Notes: generated by a model not told the origin, from the sequence alone. 64,000 bases of DNA from an uncultured Planctomycetaceae bacterium (GCA_963813715.1 CAWFAK010000016.1:384001-448000); one strand, 5' to 3'. Shown: positions 1 through 11,832, counted from the first letter of the stretch. A program made the numbers and translations.

Positions 1-670
1 ATCACGTGCGGACAGGCCGAGGGCATGTCGACGTTGGCTCCCGGGTCGGAATCGCCCGAAGCGTTATCACCCGATGCGGCAAAGACGACGAGCCCTTTTT
101 CGGCGGCTTGGGCCACCGCGGCTTCCAACGCTTTGGCGGCACCCGGCGCAGTTCTGCTCCCACCGCGTTTCATCAGCGCCGTAGCTGATCGATAGCACGT
201 CACACCCCTCTTCCACCGCCTTGTCGACGATTGTCTCGAACGAGCTGAACTGATTGGGGGCCCAAAAGACCTTGATCTCGGGCATATTGCCGGTCGCGTA
301 GTAATACACGGCCGCGGCGACTTGAATGTCGAGCAGGACCTCGGCATCGTCGGCGCCTCCGGGCGAATTGGCACCGCCGACCGGGACGTCGGTGACGACG
401 ATGTTGGGCAGGCCGTTATTGGCGGAGAACTTGTCGAGATCGGCCTGGGTGTACCCGCCGCCAAGCTCGAGAATTCCGATCGACGCCGCCACCTGGGCAC
501 GTTCCCTTTGGAATCTTGTAAGCGGCGCAGAGATCGGCCACTCGCCAGTTCGAGGTCGCCCGCGCCCGCAGCGGGGACGGAAAGGCGATGTACGACTTCG
601 CGGCCGGAGCAGCGTCCCGTCGAACGCCACGCCGTTGGTGTTTCACATAGGACTTGCTGAGAGTTACCAT
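1..670 (-). CDS. S53 family (sedolisin/kumamolisin-like) serine peptidase, frameshifted near 480, runs off the window start
   Basis: GILELGGGY, catalytic E-x3-D (AEVLLDIQ), DVLSISYG. N-terminus MVTLSKSY...LCAAYKIPKG is in another frame with ATG at 670. Confidence 0.85.
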
Positions 671-966
671 CGTTCCACCTTTTGCAATCGAGTGTTGTGA
701 CACGAAGCAGAGCATCCCAATTTCACGGCTGGTCGTGGTCACGGCCGCACGATGGATTGCCAAGAGTGGATTGGCGATTCGCGCACCGCGGATCGATCAC
801 TACGCGACCGAACGTTCACTTGTCATGACTCCAGTCTTTCTACTCCAGAAAATCTTGAATTCAATCGCCTAAACAGGTGAGCGCGGACGCGAGCGCGAGT
901 CTGTCCAGCGCGATGAAGGGCCTGCGACTCGCACCCTGCGATCGGTAGAAATCCTGATGGCGCGGG

Positions 967-2557
967 TCAGCATCGAAGAGCGATGGGCTCAGACTCAGGA
1001 CAGATGTGCACGTCAGCATGCCTGTGGACGATCGCAGAGGTTCTCGCCCATTGGGTCAGCCGGCGCAGCCCGGCCGTCACGAGAACAAGTCGAGGTTCGA
1101 AAGAGTCGAGCCTGGGCGAACTCGAGCACTCGCGCTCTTCGCACGCCCCAACCGGCTCCGCCGCGTCGTACATCTCGGCCGCGGCGGCGAGGGCTTCGGT
1201 GGTCGTGATGTGGTGCTCGGCCGTCGGGCGGAGCGGGCGGATGCGGCCGGCGAGCCAGAGGCAGCTCATCGTTGCGGCCGCGGAGACTATGCCCAGAATC
1301 GGCACGTGCAGCAGGCGGCCGTCGGGTGCCTCGGCGATGATCAGCCCGCCCATGTACGTGCCGAACCCGATCGACAGGTGTTGCACCGACGAGTTCGCGC
1401 TCAAAAATCCGCCACGGCGGTGCGGCTCGACGCTGCCGGTGATCATCGCCATCGCGGCCACCATGCGGCCCGAGTTGCAGATCATCAGGGCCGCCATGAT
1501 GGCGACCGCCACGGCCACCGGCACCGGCACCAGGTTCGCCGCGGCCAGCGTGAACACGGCCGAAAGCGGCGACACGATGCGAAACATCCGCAGCTTGCCG
1601 TAACGATCGGACAGCCATCCGATCAGCGGCGCGGAAAAGAGCGTCACCGCGCCGCCGGCAATATACACGAGACCCAGCTCGTCCTCCGTCATGCCGATGT
1701 TGCTGACGAGGAACGGGCTCATGTAGGGAAAGATCGTGAACGCGGCCACCATCAGCATCACGATCAGCGCGAACGCGTTCAGGTGATTCCGCTGCGTGAA
1801 CGTCTCAAACACGACCTGCAGCGGGTGTGTCTTCGTCGCTTTCGCCAGATGATCGCGGAGCGGCGGCAACGTCCACGCGGCAATCGCCCACACGGGGCAC
1901 CCCAAGATGCCGAGCAAAATGAACGGCACGTGCCAGCCGAAGTGCGTTCCCAGGTAGAGTCCGAACGGCACGCCGGCAACCGACGCCAGCGCGAACCCCG
2001 ACATCAGGGCTCCCGTCGCGCGACCGCGCCGCTCTTCGGGAAAGACGTCGCCGATGATCGCCAGCGCCAGGCCGCCCAAAATTCCGCCGAACGCGCCGGT
2101 CAGCACCCGCGCCAGCACCAAGGTCGCATAAGTCGGGGCCAGGCCGCAGAGAAACGTGCCGATGAGAAAGCCGGCGTCCATTCCCAAAAAGGCCGCCTTG
2201 CGACCCAGACGATCGACGAGCGAAGAGGCGACTAAACCCGCCAACCCCGCCGCAATCGTATAAGACGCGACGACGAGCCCGAACTGCTGCGGCCCGATCG
2301 CCAGCTTCCGCATCAGCTGCGGGCCGAGCGGCATGATGATCATGAAGTCGACGATGGAGATGAACTGGACCGATGCCAGCATCAACACGCACGATCCGCT
2401 CGCGGGTCACTCGCGACGCTTCGGGCGTGCGCGATCCCTGGCCGCCGCTCACGGACGAATTTCCACGAGCCGGGCGCGCAACCGTCGCGTGCGCGGTGTC
2501 CGCGACACCGCAGTGCTGCGTGTCCGCGGCGGTTTTCGCCCGGGCAAGGGTCGACAT
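967..2557 (-). CDS. MFS transporter (drug/H+ antiporter-like), probable frameshift near 2385
   Basis: VDFMIIMPLGPQL, motif A (LVDRLGRK, LSDRYGK), about 12 hydrophobic segments. Upstream frame MSTLARAK...RERIV joins the track ORF 967..2388. Confidence 0.9.
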
Positions 2558-3007
2558 GGACGCTGTTTCAGCGGTCACGCGGCCATCTGTTTTGATCCCG
2601 GCAGTCTTGCGGGCGTCCGTCCCCGTGGCTCCGGTTTCGTGGCCGTTCGAGGCTGCGGCAATTTCGCCAGCCTCCCCGAAATGAGTCACCCCAGCCTCCA
2701 ATGAACAACGGTCCCCGTCCGCCGAAACGGACACGCGAAGGCGCAAAACGTTCGCCCGGCCGACGCCGAAATTGTCGAAACGCCGAATTGATCAAACCGA
2801 GCAGCGGGAAGCGCAAGCCCGAGATCGGTGCGTGAGAGCGAACGCTCCAGCGAATCGTAGCTGATTTGCCCGAACGTGACGACCGGTAAATTTGCTCAGG
2901 AGATCCCGGGCCGCACGTTTTGGTGCGGCAAAACAGGCGAACCGGCAATTTCCGCCGATCGGCAACGCCCGCAGGACACTGCGAGTTTGATGCCTCGCCA
3001 AGCCCTA

Positions 3008-3026
3008 AGCCCTGAAAGGGCGAGAC
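3008..3026 (+). repeat. REP-like hairpin motif AGCCCTGAAAGGGCGAGAC (copy 1)
   Basis: Identical 19-mer at 3772-3790 and a variant at 3692-3710. Forms a GCCCT/AGGGC stem with a short GAA loop. Confidence 0.75.
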
Positions 3027-3042
3027 AATGGACCAAGACGCG

Positions 3043-3624
3043 TCACGCGTCAAACCGCCCCACAATATCGAAGTCATGCGCCGTCGCGAAAACGGGAATC
3101 GCCTTCGCTCGCGTTCCCGACGCCAGGGCCGCTTCGACCAACTCAACAAACTTGCCCATCACGAGCAGCACAGCAACGTCTTCGGCCCGCTCGAACTTCG
3201 CGTCGTTGTACATTTCCTCGTTCATGTACCAGGCGAAATCAGCCTGAACGGACTCGAGCCCGGTGAGGGTGACCTCCGGCCAATCCAATGCGTTCCATTC
3301 GCAAAGCCAGTCCACGTCGTCACGATCGTCCGAGTAATGGTCGAATCCAAAGAAATCAAAAAACCACCGATCCGGATTGATGTCGAAGCCGTTCATCTCG
3401 AGGTAAACAGCTTTGACCTCGAACTCGGAACCGGCGGCAACAATGAACTCGTTGATCGCGGACAAAATCTCGCGAGGTTCGTTTCTGAACGTGCGCCCTA
3501 ACAGCCCCCCGAAGCGCTCAACCTTCTCTTGAGCCAGGCGTTCTTCCAAAAACGCCACCGTGCCGCCGATGTCGCATTCGCGAAATCGGCGAGCAACGGC
3601 GTTCCAGAGGGCCAAATCCAACAT
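3043..3624 (-). CDS. Hypothetical acidic, aromatic-rich protein (~193 aa)
   Basis: Protein-like composition (MLDLALWNAVARRF...FDINPDRWFFDFFGFD). No family recognised. Confidence 0.7.
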   Translation of the reverse strand: MLDLALWNAVARRFRECDIGGTVAFLEERLAQEKVERFGGLLGRTFRNEPREILSAINEFIVAAGSEFEVKAVYLEMNGFDINPDRWFFDFFGFDHYSDDRDDVDWLCEWNALDWPEVTLTGLESVQADFAWYMNEEMYNDAKFERAEDVAVLLVMGKFVELVEAALASGTRAKAIPVFATAHDFDIVGRFDA

Positions 3625-3691
3625 CGTCGCCCCGGAAAAGCAGGCTGTGCGTGGCAATCGATTGTAACCGACTGCCGCATCGGCGAATTCA

Positions 3692-3790
3692 AGCCCCGAA
3701 AGGGCGAGATTCTATAGCCCAGGGCGAAGGTCCGCCGCAGCCCTGGGTTAAGAAGTCCCACAGAATTCGCGAGCCCTGAAAGGGCGAGAC
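3692..3790 (+). repeat. Composite REP-like element (two GCCCYGAAAGGGCGAGA hairpins flanking an AGCCCAGGGC...GCCCTGGGTT hairpin)
   Basis: Directly visible inverted repeats. Architecture resembles REP sequences associated with RAYT/IS200-like HUH transposases. Confidence 0.7.
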
Positions 3791-3949
3791 GACGACGCAC
3801 TGAGCACCCGCCCTTCGGCTCGAGTTTATATGGCGTGGCTGGGGCATCCGTAGGAAGCCCCGGACCGTCGGCAAATCTATTAGCGGCTTCCGACGGGGGC
3901 TTCCGGCAAGCCGGACCGCCCCCGCCAGCCATTCACTCACGCCGCCCAC

Positions 3950-4960
3950 TCACGCCGGCGCGTTGAACGTGCTTCGCAACAGCGCCAAACTCTTCGGCAG
4001 CGCCGTCATCGGGCTTTCGTGGCCTTCGAATTCGAGCGAGATGTAGCCGCGATAGTTCACCTTGCGAAAGATGGCGGCGATTCGTTTGTAGTCGAGGTCG
4101 AGCGTGTAATAAATGCCGCCGCCGTAATACGTCTTGGCCTGCATGAAGGTCGTCCGCGGGGCCAGCTTCGCCAGCTTTTCGTACGGCTCTTCGAGAAAAT
4201 TCCCCGTGTCGGCCAGCACGCCCAGCCACGGCGAATGCACCGCATCGACGATCTTGAGCACGCCTTCCGGCAGCCGTCCGAGCCCCCAATGGTTCTCGAG
4301 CGCCAACGTCACGCCGCACTTCTCCGCCGTCGGCAGGCATTTCTCCAGCGACTCGATCACCCAGGGAAACCCGTCGGCATCGGTGTACCCCGGCAACGGC
4401 GGCTCGATGCCGCGATGCTTCATCAAGTCGTCGAAACTCTTGCTCGTCCCCCACCGCCCCGTGTTGACCCGCATCGTCGGAATGCCCAACTCGTACGCCA
4501 GCTCGATCGAGGCAATCGTCTTCGCAATATTCTGCTGCCGCACGCTCACGTCAGGCGACAAAAACCCCTGATGCGTCGACAACCCACACAATGGCATCCC
4601 CAACAGGAGCGCCTGCCGCTTGATCGCCGCCAACGCCGCGCGATTGGGCCGTACAGGCGGCTCGCCCGCCACTGTCTTGCCCGACACTGTGTAGTGATCC
4701 ATCTGCATCTCGAGGATCTCGACAAAGTCGAACCCGATGTCGGCACTGCGCGAAATGCATTCCGGAATCGACAGCTTCCAATCGTCCTGAAACCGCCAGA
4801 AGGAATACGTGGAGACGCCGATGGGGTTGGGACGGGGGGCGGTGGTCACGAGCGTCGAAGGATCCGCCGGGGCCCAAGTTTGTCCCGAGAACGCGTTCAG
4901 CACGACAAGTCCACCCAACATCAACCCTCTTTCGAAGAGGTCTCGCCGATGCATGCTCAT
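3950..4960 (-). CDS. Sugar phosphate isomerase/epimerase (xylose-isomerase-like TIM barrel), probable Tat substrate
   Basis: N-terminal HRRDLF plus hydrophobic stretch; GVSTYSFW, LALENHWG, DTGNF, YISLEFEG motifs. Confidence 0.88.
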   Translation of the reverse strand: MSMHRRDLFERGLMLGGLVVLNAFSGQTWAPADPSTLVTTAPRPNPIGVSTYSFWRFQDDWKLSIPECISRSADIGFDFVEILEMQMDHYTVSGKTVAGEPPVRPNRAALAAIKRQALLLGMPLCGLSTHQGFLSPDVSVRQQNIAKTIASIELAYELGIPTMRVNTGRWGTSKSFDDLMKHRGIEPPLPGYTDADGFPWVIESLEKCLPTAEKCGVTLALENHWGLGRLPEGVLKIVDAVHSPWLGVLADTGNFLEEPYEKLAKLAPRTTFMQAKTYYGGGIYYTLDLDYKRIAAIFRKVNYRGYISLEFEGHESPMTALPKSLALLRSTFNAPA

Positions 4961-4961
4961 T

Positions 4962-5846
4962 TCAGTCCACCACTTTGTTTGCTGGCTGCCGGTTATGTGG
5001 AGCTCCGTTCCAGTCAGTTTCTCGGTCAAATGCGACTTTCATCGCACTGCCGTCCGGAATTAGGAAAAGCTTATCCTTCCAGCCATCGTCCCACGTTGCC
5101 CGCCTCACCTGATTCGCTTGATTCGATTTTCCACCTGCCCTGAGTCACCGTGGTCCGCCAAATTCTTTGGGCGCTAAACGATGGGTCTAACACCATCGTA
5201 AATGCGTCAGAGCCGGGCACTTTAACCATCTGCCATGTGCCGGCGAATTCTGCGACGAGCGATCGTGCGGCCTTGGCTTCGCCCCGCTTCCGTCTCTTCG
5301 GCTTCGATGGCACTCTTCGCTTAGCAGCGGACTCAGTCAGTTCGCTGAGGACTTTGTGCAAGCTATCTCGGATCGCGTCCTTAGCGTCCTTGCGCTTTTC
5401 AATTTTTGAAATTACCGCCCACTTTTGAGCCGCCTTGCGGAATTTGTTGAGCGCGTCAGTTCTTTTTGATTGGTGTCTCGCTTGATGTCCCACTCGCCGA
5501 AGAACAGCATCACATTGGACTTCCCCTTTTTCTTAGAGAAGTATTCGATCTCTTCGACAGTCCCGGACTCATGGGTATCAGTTGGTGTGCCGAGGTGAGT
5601 CCCAAAGATGCCAATCAAAACATCGCAGTCGTATCCGGCGATGAGTCGGCGATCGATGATTTTCTGCGGGTGTTCGTCCCCTCCCATTGGACGATGGTGC
5701 AGCTTCCAGTAAATCACCTCTGCCAGAACGCCATTGCGGGAGTTGGTCTGGTTCCATTCCTGGACTAGCTGCAAAACTACTTTCATCTCCCTGTCGACGT
5801 CGGAGGGAGCTGCAACGAAAACGCGAAACACCGTCGCGTGAATCAT
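4962..5846 (-). CDS. DUF4062-family (nucleoside deoxyribosyltransferase/TIR-like fold) protein with unknown C-terminal domain; frameshifts near 5455 and 5100
   Basis: RVFVAAPSDV...DCDVLIGIFGTHLGTPT...SGTVEEIE. Continues in the 5071..5493 frame, then ATWDDGWKDKLFLIPDG...VVD* with stop ending at 4962, just before the epimerase ATG at 4960. Confidence 0.75.
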
Positions 5847-6041
5847 ACCCGACACCGTACAGCGCCGCTTCAGGCTGGGTCAAATGCCGTGACCTCAAAT
5901 CGCCGATGCCGCTTGCGGCGCCCGTGGCAACCGGCGATCAGCGTGCGTGCTCCCGGTGCCATTCCCGGGTAATAGACCCACCGATTGCCTTGAAGGTCTC
6001 TCTGGTCAAGAATGACCGTCAACCTGGCGGGAGAACAATCA

Positions 6042-6950
6042 GTGAGTATTCCCAATTACGAAACGATTATGCATCCATTTTTGGAGGCGATTCAAAACGG
6101 CGCGGAGCATCGAATGCGCGACGTGACCGTATCAATCGCGGATCGCTTTGGACTCTCGGGCGACGACCGCCAAGTACTTCTCCCAAGCGGTCAACAGACA
6201 TTGGTCGCTAACCGCGTCGGATGGGCGAGAACATATCTGAAGAAGGCTGGCCTGATAGAAAGTCCGGCACGGGGCGTTGTAAGGATCACGGATGAAGGGC
6301 GAAGAGCCCTAGCCCAGGGACGCCAAATTGACGACGGATTTTTGGCTCAATATCCCGCATTCGCGGAATTCAAGTTGAAGAGACGCGACGCCAGACCTAA
6401 AGCTGCCGAAGTTTTCACCGGCGATCAGACGCCCGATGACGCAATCGATGGTGCCTATCAGGAGCTCCGAGCTGCCTTGGCAGACGATCTGTTGGAGCGG
6501 TTGCGTGGCTGCTCTCCCGCGTTCTTTGAGCGATTGGTCGTTGAACTGCTTGTAGCAATGGGATACGGGGGCTCGCTTGTAGATGCCGGGAGGGCGGTCG
6601 GCGGGCCCGGCGATCAAGGAATCGACGGGATCATCAAGGAGGACAAGCTCGGTTTGGACATCGTTTGCCTCCAAGCGAAGCGATGGCAAAACACTGTCGG
6701 CCGTCCGCAGGTCCAGGCGTTTGCGGGGAGCTTGGCCCGATTTCACACCAAGAAGGGCGTGATGATCACGACTTCGGAATTCTCGAAAGATGCAATCGAA
6801 TTTGTTGCGAACATTGAGCACAAGATCGTGTTGATCGACGGCGATCAATTGGCCGATTTCATGATCGATCACAATGTCGGCGTGATCCTCGCTCGTCGAT
6901 ACGAGATCAAACGTGTTGACTCCGACTACTTCGACGAAAGCGGCGACTAA
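6042..6950 (+). CDS. mrr: Mrr-family type IV (modification-dependent) restriction endonuclease
   Basis: Mrr N-terminal domain (IPNYETIM...NRVGWARTYLKKAGLI) and catalytic GDQGIDGII...LQAKRW. Confidence 0.95.
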   Translation: MSIPNYETIMHPFLEAIQNGAEHRMRDVTVSIADRFGLSGDDRQVLLPSGQQTLVANRVGWARTYLKKAGLIESPARGVVRITDEGRRALAQGRQIDDGFLAQYPAFAEFKLKRRDARPKAAEVFTGDQTPDDAIDGAYQELRAALADDLLERLRGCSPAFFERLVVELLVAMGYGGSLVDAGRAVGGPGDQGIDGIIKEDKLGLDIVCLQAKRWQNTVGRPQVQAFAGSLARFHTKKGVMITTSEFSKDAIEFVANIEHKIVLIDGDQLADFMIDHNVGVILARRYEIKRVDSDYFDESGD

Positions 6951-6959
6951 GAACGGACG

Positions 6960-7220
6960 GGTGCCACTGGGCGGGAGCTTAGCCCGCCCGCGTCTTCTTG
7001 GCCGGAAATCGCCTGTAGTTGACCGCGAAGAGCACGGGCAGAGAAGCCGGCCGCCCGTGGCACCCGATCCGCTTCTGATTCTAACCCCGCGAGGGGTGAT
7101 TCTCCTCTTGCCACCGGTGTCAACCGGTGGATAGGCGGCCATCACCCACTTGAATTTGGGCCCCCGCAAGGGGGCGACCACGCTTTCTGCGAAGAGTGCC
7201 GCCCCTTCCGGGGCTCTTCC
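6960..7220. repeat. Cluster of REP-like hairpins downstream of mrr
   Basis: GGGCGGG-N7-CCCGCCC (6969-6989), CCACCGGT-GTCA-ACCGGTGG, GCCCCC-GCAA-GGGGGC, GCCCC-TTCC-GGGGC. Confidence 0.55.
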
Positions 7221-7733
7221 GAGGATCGTCAAGGCTTCAATCGCTTCGGGGTCAGAAGGCCTCCAAAGCCTCAGGCCGCCCCCGCCCGATCAGCCCGCCT
7301 CGTGGACAAGAACAGACGCGGAAAAGTTTCGGAGTTGTTTCTATGGGCGTGGAAACTCGGGGTTCTTGGCATTCGGATTTGCCCGTAGGCTGGCGGTAGG
7401 GCTCGTCTCGCGACAGATCGCGGTGTGCGCGGCCGGCCCGAGGAGATGTCTTTAACCACCAGGCGCCAAGGACACCAAGCCAGATTGATGACTCCAAGAC
7501 TTGGAGCTCTTGCTGGCTTGGTGGTTCAGAATTCTGGTACTCAGCCAATCAACTTGGGACGGGACACGCGGGACACGTTGGGACCTGGGACAACTTCCAA
7601 CAGTGGGACACCTCCATGAAGGAGGCATTTGTCCCGCCTTAAAGCGTCGCAGGCGAATGATTTCAAGATAAAGCTGAAGCGGGACGGGACTGGTTTGCAA
7701 AGGGCGGGACGGGACACGAACGCGGCACGGGAG

Positions 7734-7967
7734 TTAGGCGGGCTCGAGATCGTCGACGTCTACCTCGGACGCTTCGATCACGCTTCCGTCGGCCGTCAGA
7801 ATCGCCGGTTCCAATTCGATCCAGAGGATTTGTTCATTCGGCGCATTGATGCTGACCTTCAGCTTCGGGGCTACGACGCCAACGGCCCCCCACAATTTCG
7901 CGTTAAAGCAACGTGGCGAAACCCGGACCCGGTCTCCGATGGAAAATCGGCGAAGCCGCTCGCTCAT
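7734..7967 (-). CDS. Small hypothetical protein (77 aa), possible SH3/KOW-like barrel
   Basis: MSERLRRFSIGDRVRVS...GAVGVV...EVDVDDLEPA pattern. Bracketed by GGGACGGGAC at 7706 and 7990. Confidence 0.55.
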   Translation of the reverse strand: MSERLRRFSIGDRVRVSPRCFNAKLWGAVGVVAPKLKVSINAPNEQILWIELEPAILTADGSVIEASEVDVDDLEPA

Positions 7968-8204
7968 ATGTTTTTCAGTAGTCACTACCGGGACGGGACT
8001 CGAACACGGCCATGGGACGAATTGTAGGGAGGGTAGCCAGGTCAACTTGTTCGGGCCACTAGGCGGGGGTTGAAGGCCCCTAGGTGTTTTCACCGGGGGT
8101 TGGGTCACCTTTTTTATCTCATAAAGGTGACCCACAGAATTGGTGACCCACCCCCCCCATGACGGGACGGGACGAGAGTGGGACATGGGACGGGAGAGGC
8201 CAAT

Positions 8205-8245
8205 CCCCCTCACCCCTGGCCCCTCTCCCGCAGGGGACGAGGGGG
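8205..8245 (+). repeat. REP-like CCCCTCACCCCTGGCCCCTCTCCCGC-N-GGGG element
   Basis: Near-identical copy at 11833-11872 and a related copy at 20168-20207. Confidence 0.75.
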
Positions 8246-8283
8246 AAGGTCCCTGGGAGAGCGGCTGTGTTTCTTTTCAAGAG

Positions 8284-9609
<1,326 letters not shown>

Positions 9610-10039
9610 TCACCGAGAAAAGCCCGCGAAAATTGGCGATCACCCCCAGCTCGACGGCGTTTGGCCTGGACCCATCCGCAGCGGGTGGGACAGAGAAGGA
9701 AGGATGGGACGGGACACGTTTGTTCGGGTCCAATGTCCAAAGTCCAAGGTCCAAAGTCTTCGGACCGATCGGCAGGCATCGGGTCGGCGGTGGGACCCGA
9801 CTCGGGGACGGGACACCGGGACGGGACACGTTGTTTCACCGAGAAAAGCCCGGAGAAATTGGCGATCACCCCCAGCTCGACGGCGTTTGGCCTGGACCCA
9901 TCCGCAGCGGGTGGGAGAGAGAAGGATGGGACGGGACACGTTAGTTTCGAAGTCCAAGGTCCAAAGTCCAAGGTCCAAAGTCTTCGGACCGATCGGCAGG
10001 CAGCGGGTCGGCGGCGGGACGGGACACCGGGACGGGACA

Positions 10040-11551
10040 GAATGGCACTAACTTAAGGCGTTACTTGTTTGTGGATCAGGGCTTGTTGAAGTTGGCGACG
10101 TGGTTTGTTCATGAGATCGTATTGTTTTGGTCGTCGCTTAGAGGCGCGTGGCTCGCAACGACCTGGGCGGTGGGGAACAACGATCAGATTTCTGGGGGCC
10201 GCGTTGAGCGGGGCATGGCAGAGTCGTCGTTGGGCGTCGATGAAGCTGGTCCGAGTCACCGGCACGCGCTGGCGTTTTGCCGAACGCAGCATCACGCAGC
10301 GCACCAGATTGTAAACGATGGCGAACATGGCCAGCTCTTTGTGAATCCCGTCGACTGTTTTGGTGCGCAGCACGTCCATGCGGAGCGTTTGTTTCAGATG
10401 CCTGAGATTCGTCTCGATCTGCCAGCGATTCAGATAGAGGTTGGCCAGTTCGACGGCCGGGTAACGTCGTTGATCCAAGAGCGTCGTCACGAGGGTCACC
10501 TGGCGGACTCGAAACCCCCGTTGAGTGATGCGATAGCGCAGCTCCCGTAGGAGCAGGGATTCGGGCAGCCGCGCGAAGTCTTCCGGGGTGATCCACGATG
10601 GCCGTTGGGTCGGTTTGAACGCCTCGACGATTTGATCGTGTCGGCCCAGCGACTGGACCCAGCGGGACGTCGGTTGTCCCTTCACGCGTGGGACATTCTT
10701 CGCACGCTTCTGCGGCGAGTAAGGCCGCCTTTTTTGGAAGTTGACGATCGTCGCTTGATGGATGCGAAACACAGCAAAAACGCCGGCTAAATTGAGCAGT
10801 GCCAGATGTGCGTAGGAGCAGAATCCCCGATCGCCGACGACCACGTCGTTCGGCTGAAAGGCCTCGTGCACGCGCTGAACCCGCGACAGGTCATGCGACC
10901 GCAAAGGAGCTGGCAGCACCCGCAAGAGAAAGCCGGTGCTGGCATCAAACAGTGTCAGGAGACGGGCCACCGGAAATCCACAGCCGGGCCGCTGAGCCCC
11001 CGATTGCCCGAAGGCCTCCTGCAGCGAGGGTGTGTCGGGCATCGAACAGGCAGAACCATCCACGTGCCAAAGACGATGACCTCGCCAGCAGTTAGGCACT
11101 TGCGCACCAACAGCACGCGCCACCCCCTCCATCAGCCGTTGGAAGAGTTCCAGCGGCAATCGCGCGCGGGCCTTGCAGTAGGCCTCGCCGGTGACATCCA
11201 GATCCAGGAGATGGGGCACGTGATCACAGGCGATGTTGCCCGCCAAGACCTGCCGCAGGAACGCATAGACGGTGGTGATCGGATTGAGTGTGCAGTCGCG
11301 CCACACGTGATTGAGTTCGCGACAGATCTGCTCGATCCGCTCGGGCGAAAGCGCCTCGGTCACATCCCCCTTGACCTGCTCCAAAACAGACTCGATAAAT
11401 GGCGCCATCCTTGGCCTCCTGTGGAAATGGGTCGTTTAGCAACCTCATTCTCGCAGGAGGCCGGGATTCCTCAGAGACGCATTCCGTCACGCTCCTCACC
11501 CGACATAAACTTCCAACTGCCAACTCCTTCCGGCTTGAGTTAGTGCCATTC
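10040..11551 (-). mobile_element. IS4-family insertion sequence, 18-bp TIRs, 11-bp target-site duplication GGGACGGGACA
   Basis: TIRs GAATGGCACTAACTTAAG (10040-10057) and CTTGAGTTAGTGCCATTC (11534-11551), one mismatch. TSD at 10029-10039 and 11552-11562. Confidence 0.93.
10053..11408 (-). CDS. IS4-family DDE transposase (451 aa)
   Basis: HVDGS, VVGDRGF, YLNRWQIETNLRHLK (YREK signature). Stop codon lies inside the TIR. Confidence 0.95.
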   Translation of the reverse strand: MAPFIESVLEQVKGDVTEALSPERIEQICRELNHVWRDCTLNPITTVYAFLRQVLAGNIACDHVPHLLDLDVTGEAYCKARARLPLELFQRLMEGVARAVGAQVPNCWRGHRLWHVDGSACSMPDTPSLQEAFGQSGAQRPGCGFPVARLLTLFDASTGFLLRVLPAPLRSHDLSRVQRVHEAFQPNDVVVGDRGFCSYAHLALLNLAGVFAVFRIHQATIVNFQKRRPYSPQKRAKNVPRVKGQPTSRWVQSLGRHDQIVEAFKPTQRPSWITPEDFARLPESLLLRELRYRITQRGFRVRQVTLVTTLLDQRRYPAVELANLYLNRWQIETNLRHLKQTLRMDVLRTKTVDGIHKELAMFAIVYNLVRCVMLRSAKRQRVPVTRTSFIDAQRRLCHAPLNAAPRNLIVVPHRPGRCEPRASKRRPKQYDLMNKPRRQLQQALIHKQVTP

Positions 11552-11832
11552 GGGACGGGACACGTTGTTTCACCGAGAAAAGCCCGGAGAAATTGGCGAT
11601 CAGCCCCAGCTCGACGGCGTTTGGCCTGGACCCATCCGCAGCGGGCGGGAGAGAGAAGGATGGGACGGGACACGTTGGGACTGGACCGGCGACCGGTCAC
11701 AGAATGGCCGGTGGGTCGGGACACTTTGATTCAATAGGTAGCTGACCCACCGAAGTCGTTGACCCACCCCCTGCCATGACGGGACGGGACACTCCAGTCG
11801 AGCGGGACACGCGACGGGACACGCGGGACAAT

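Noticed and set aside
747..763. Sigma54-like motif upstream of the S53 peptidase (TTGGCAATCCATCGTGC, minus strand)
   Set aside because: Spacing is GG-N11-GC, one base too long. It cannot be supported without polished sequence.
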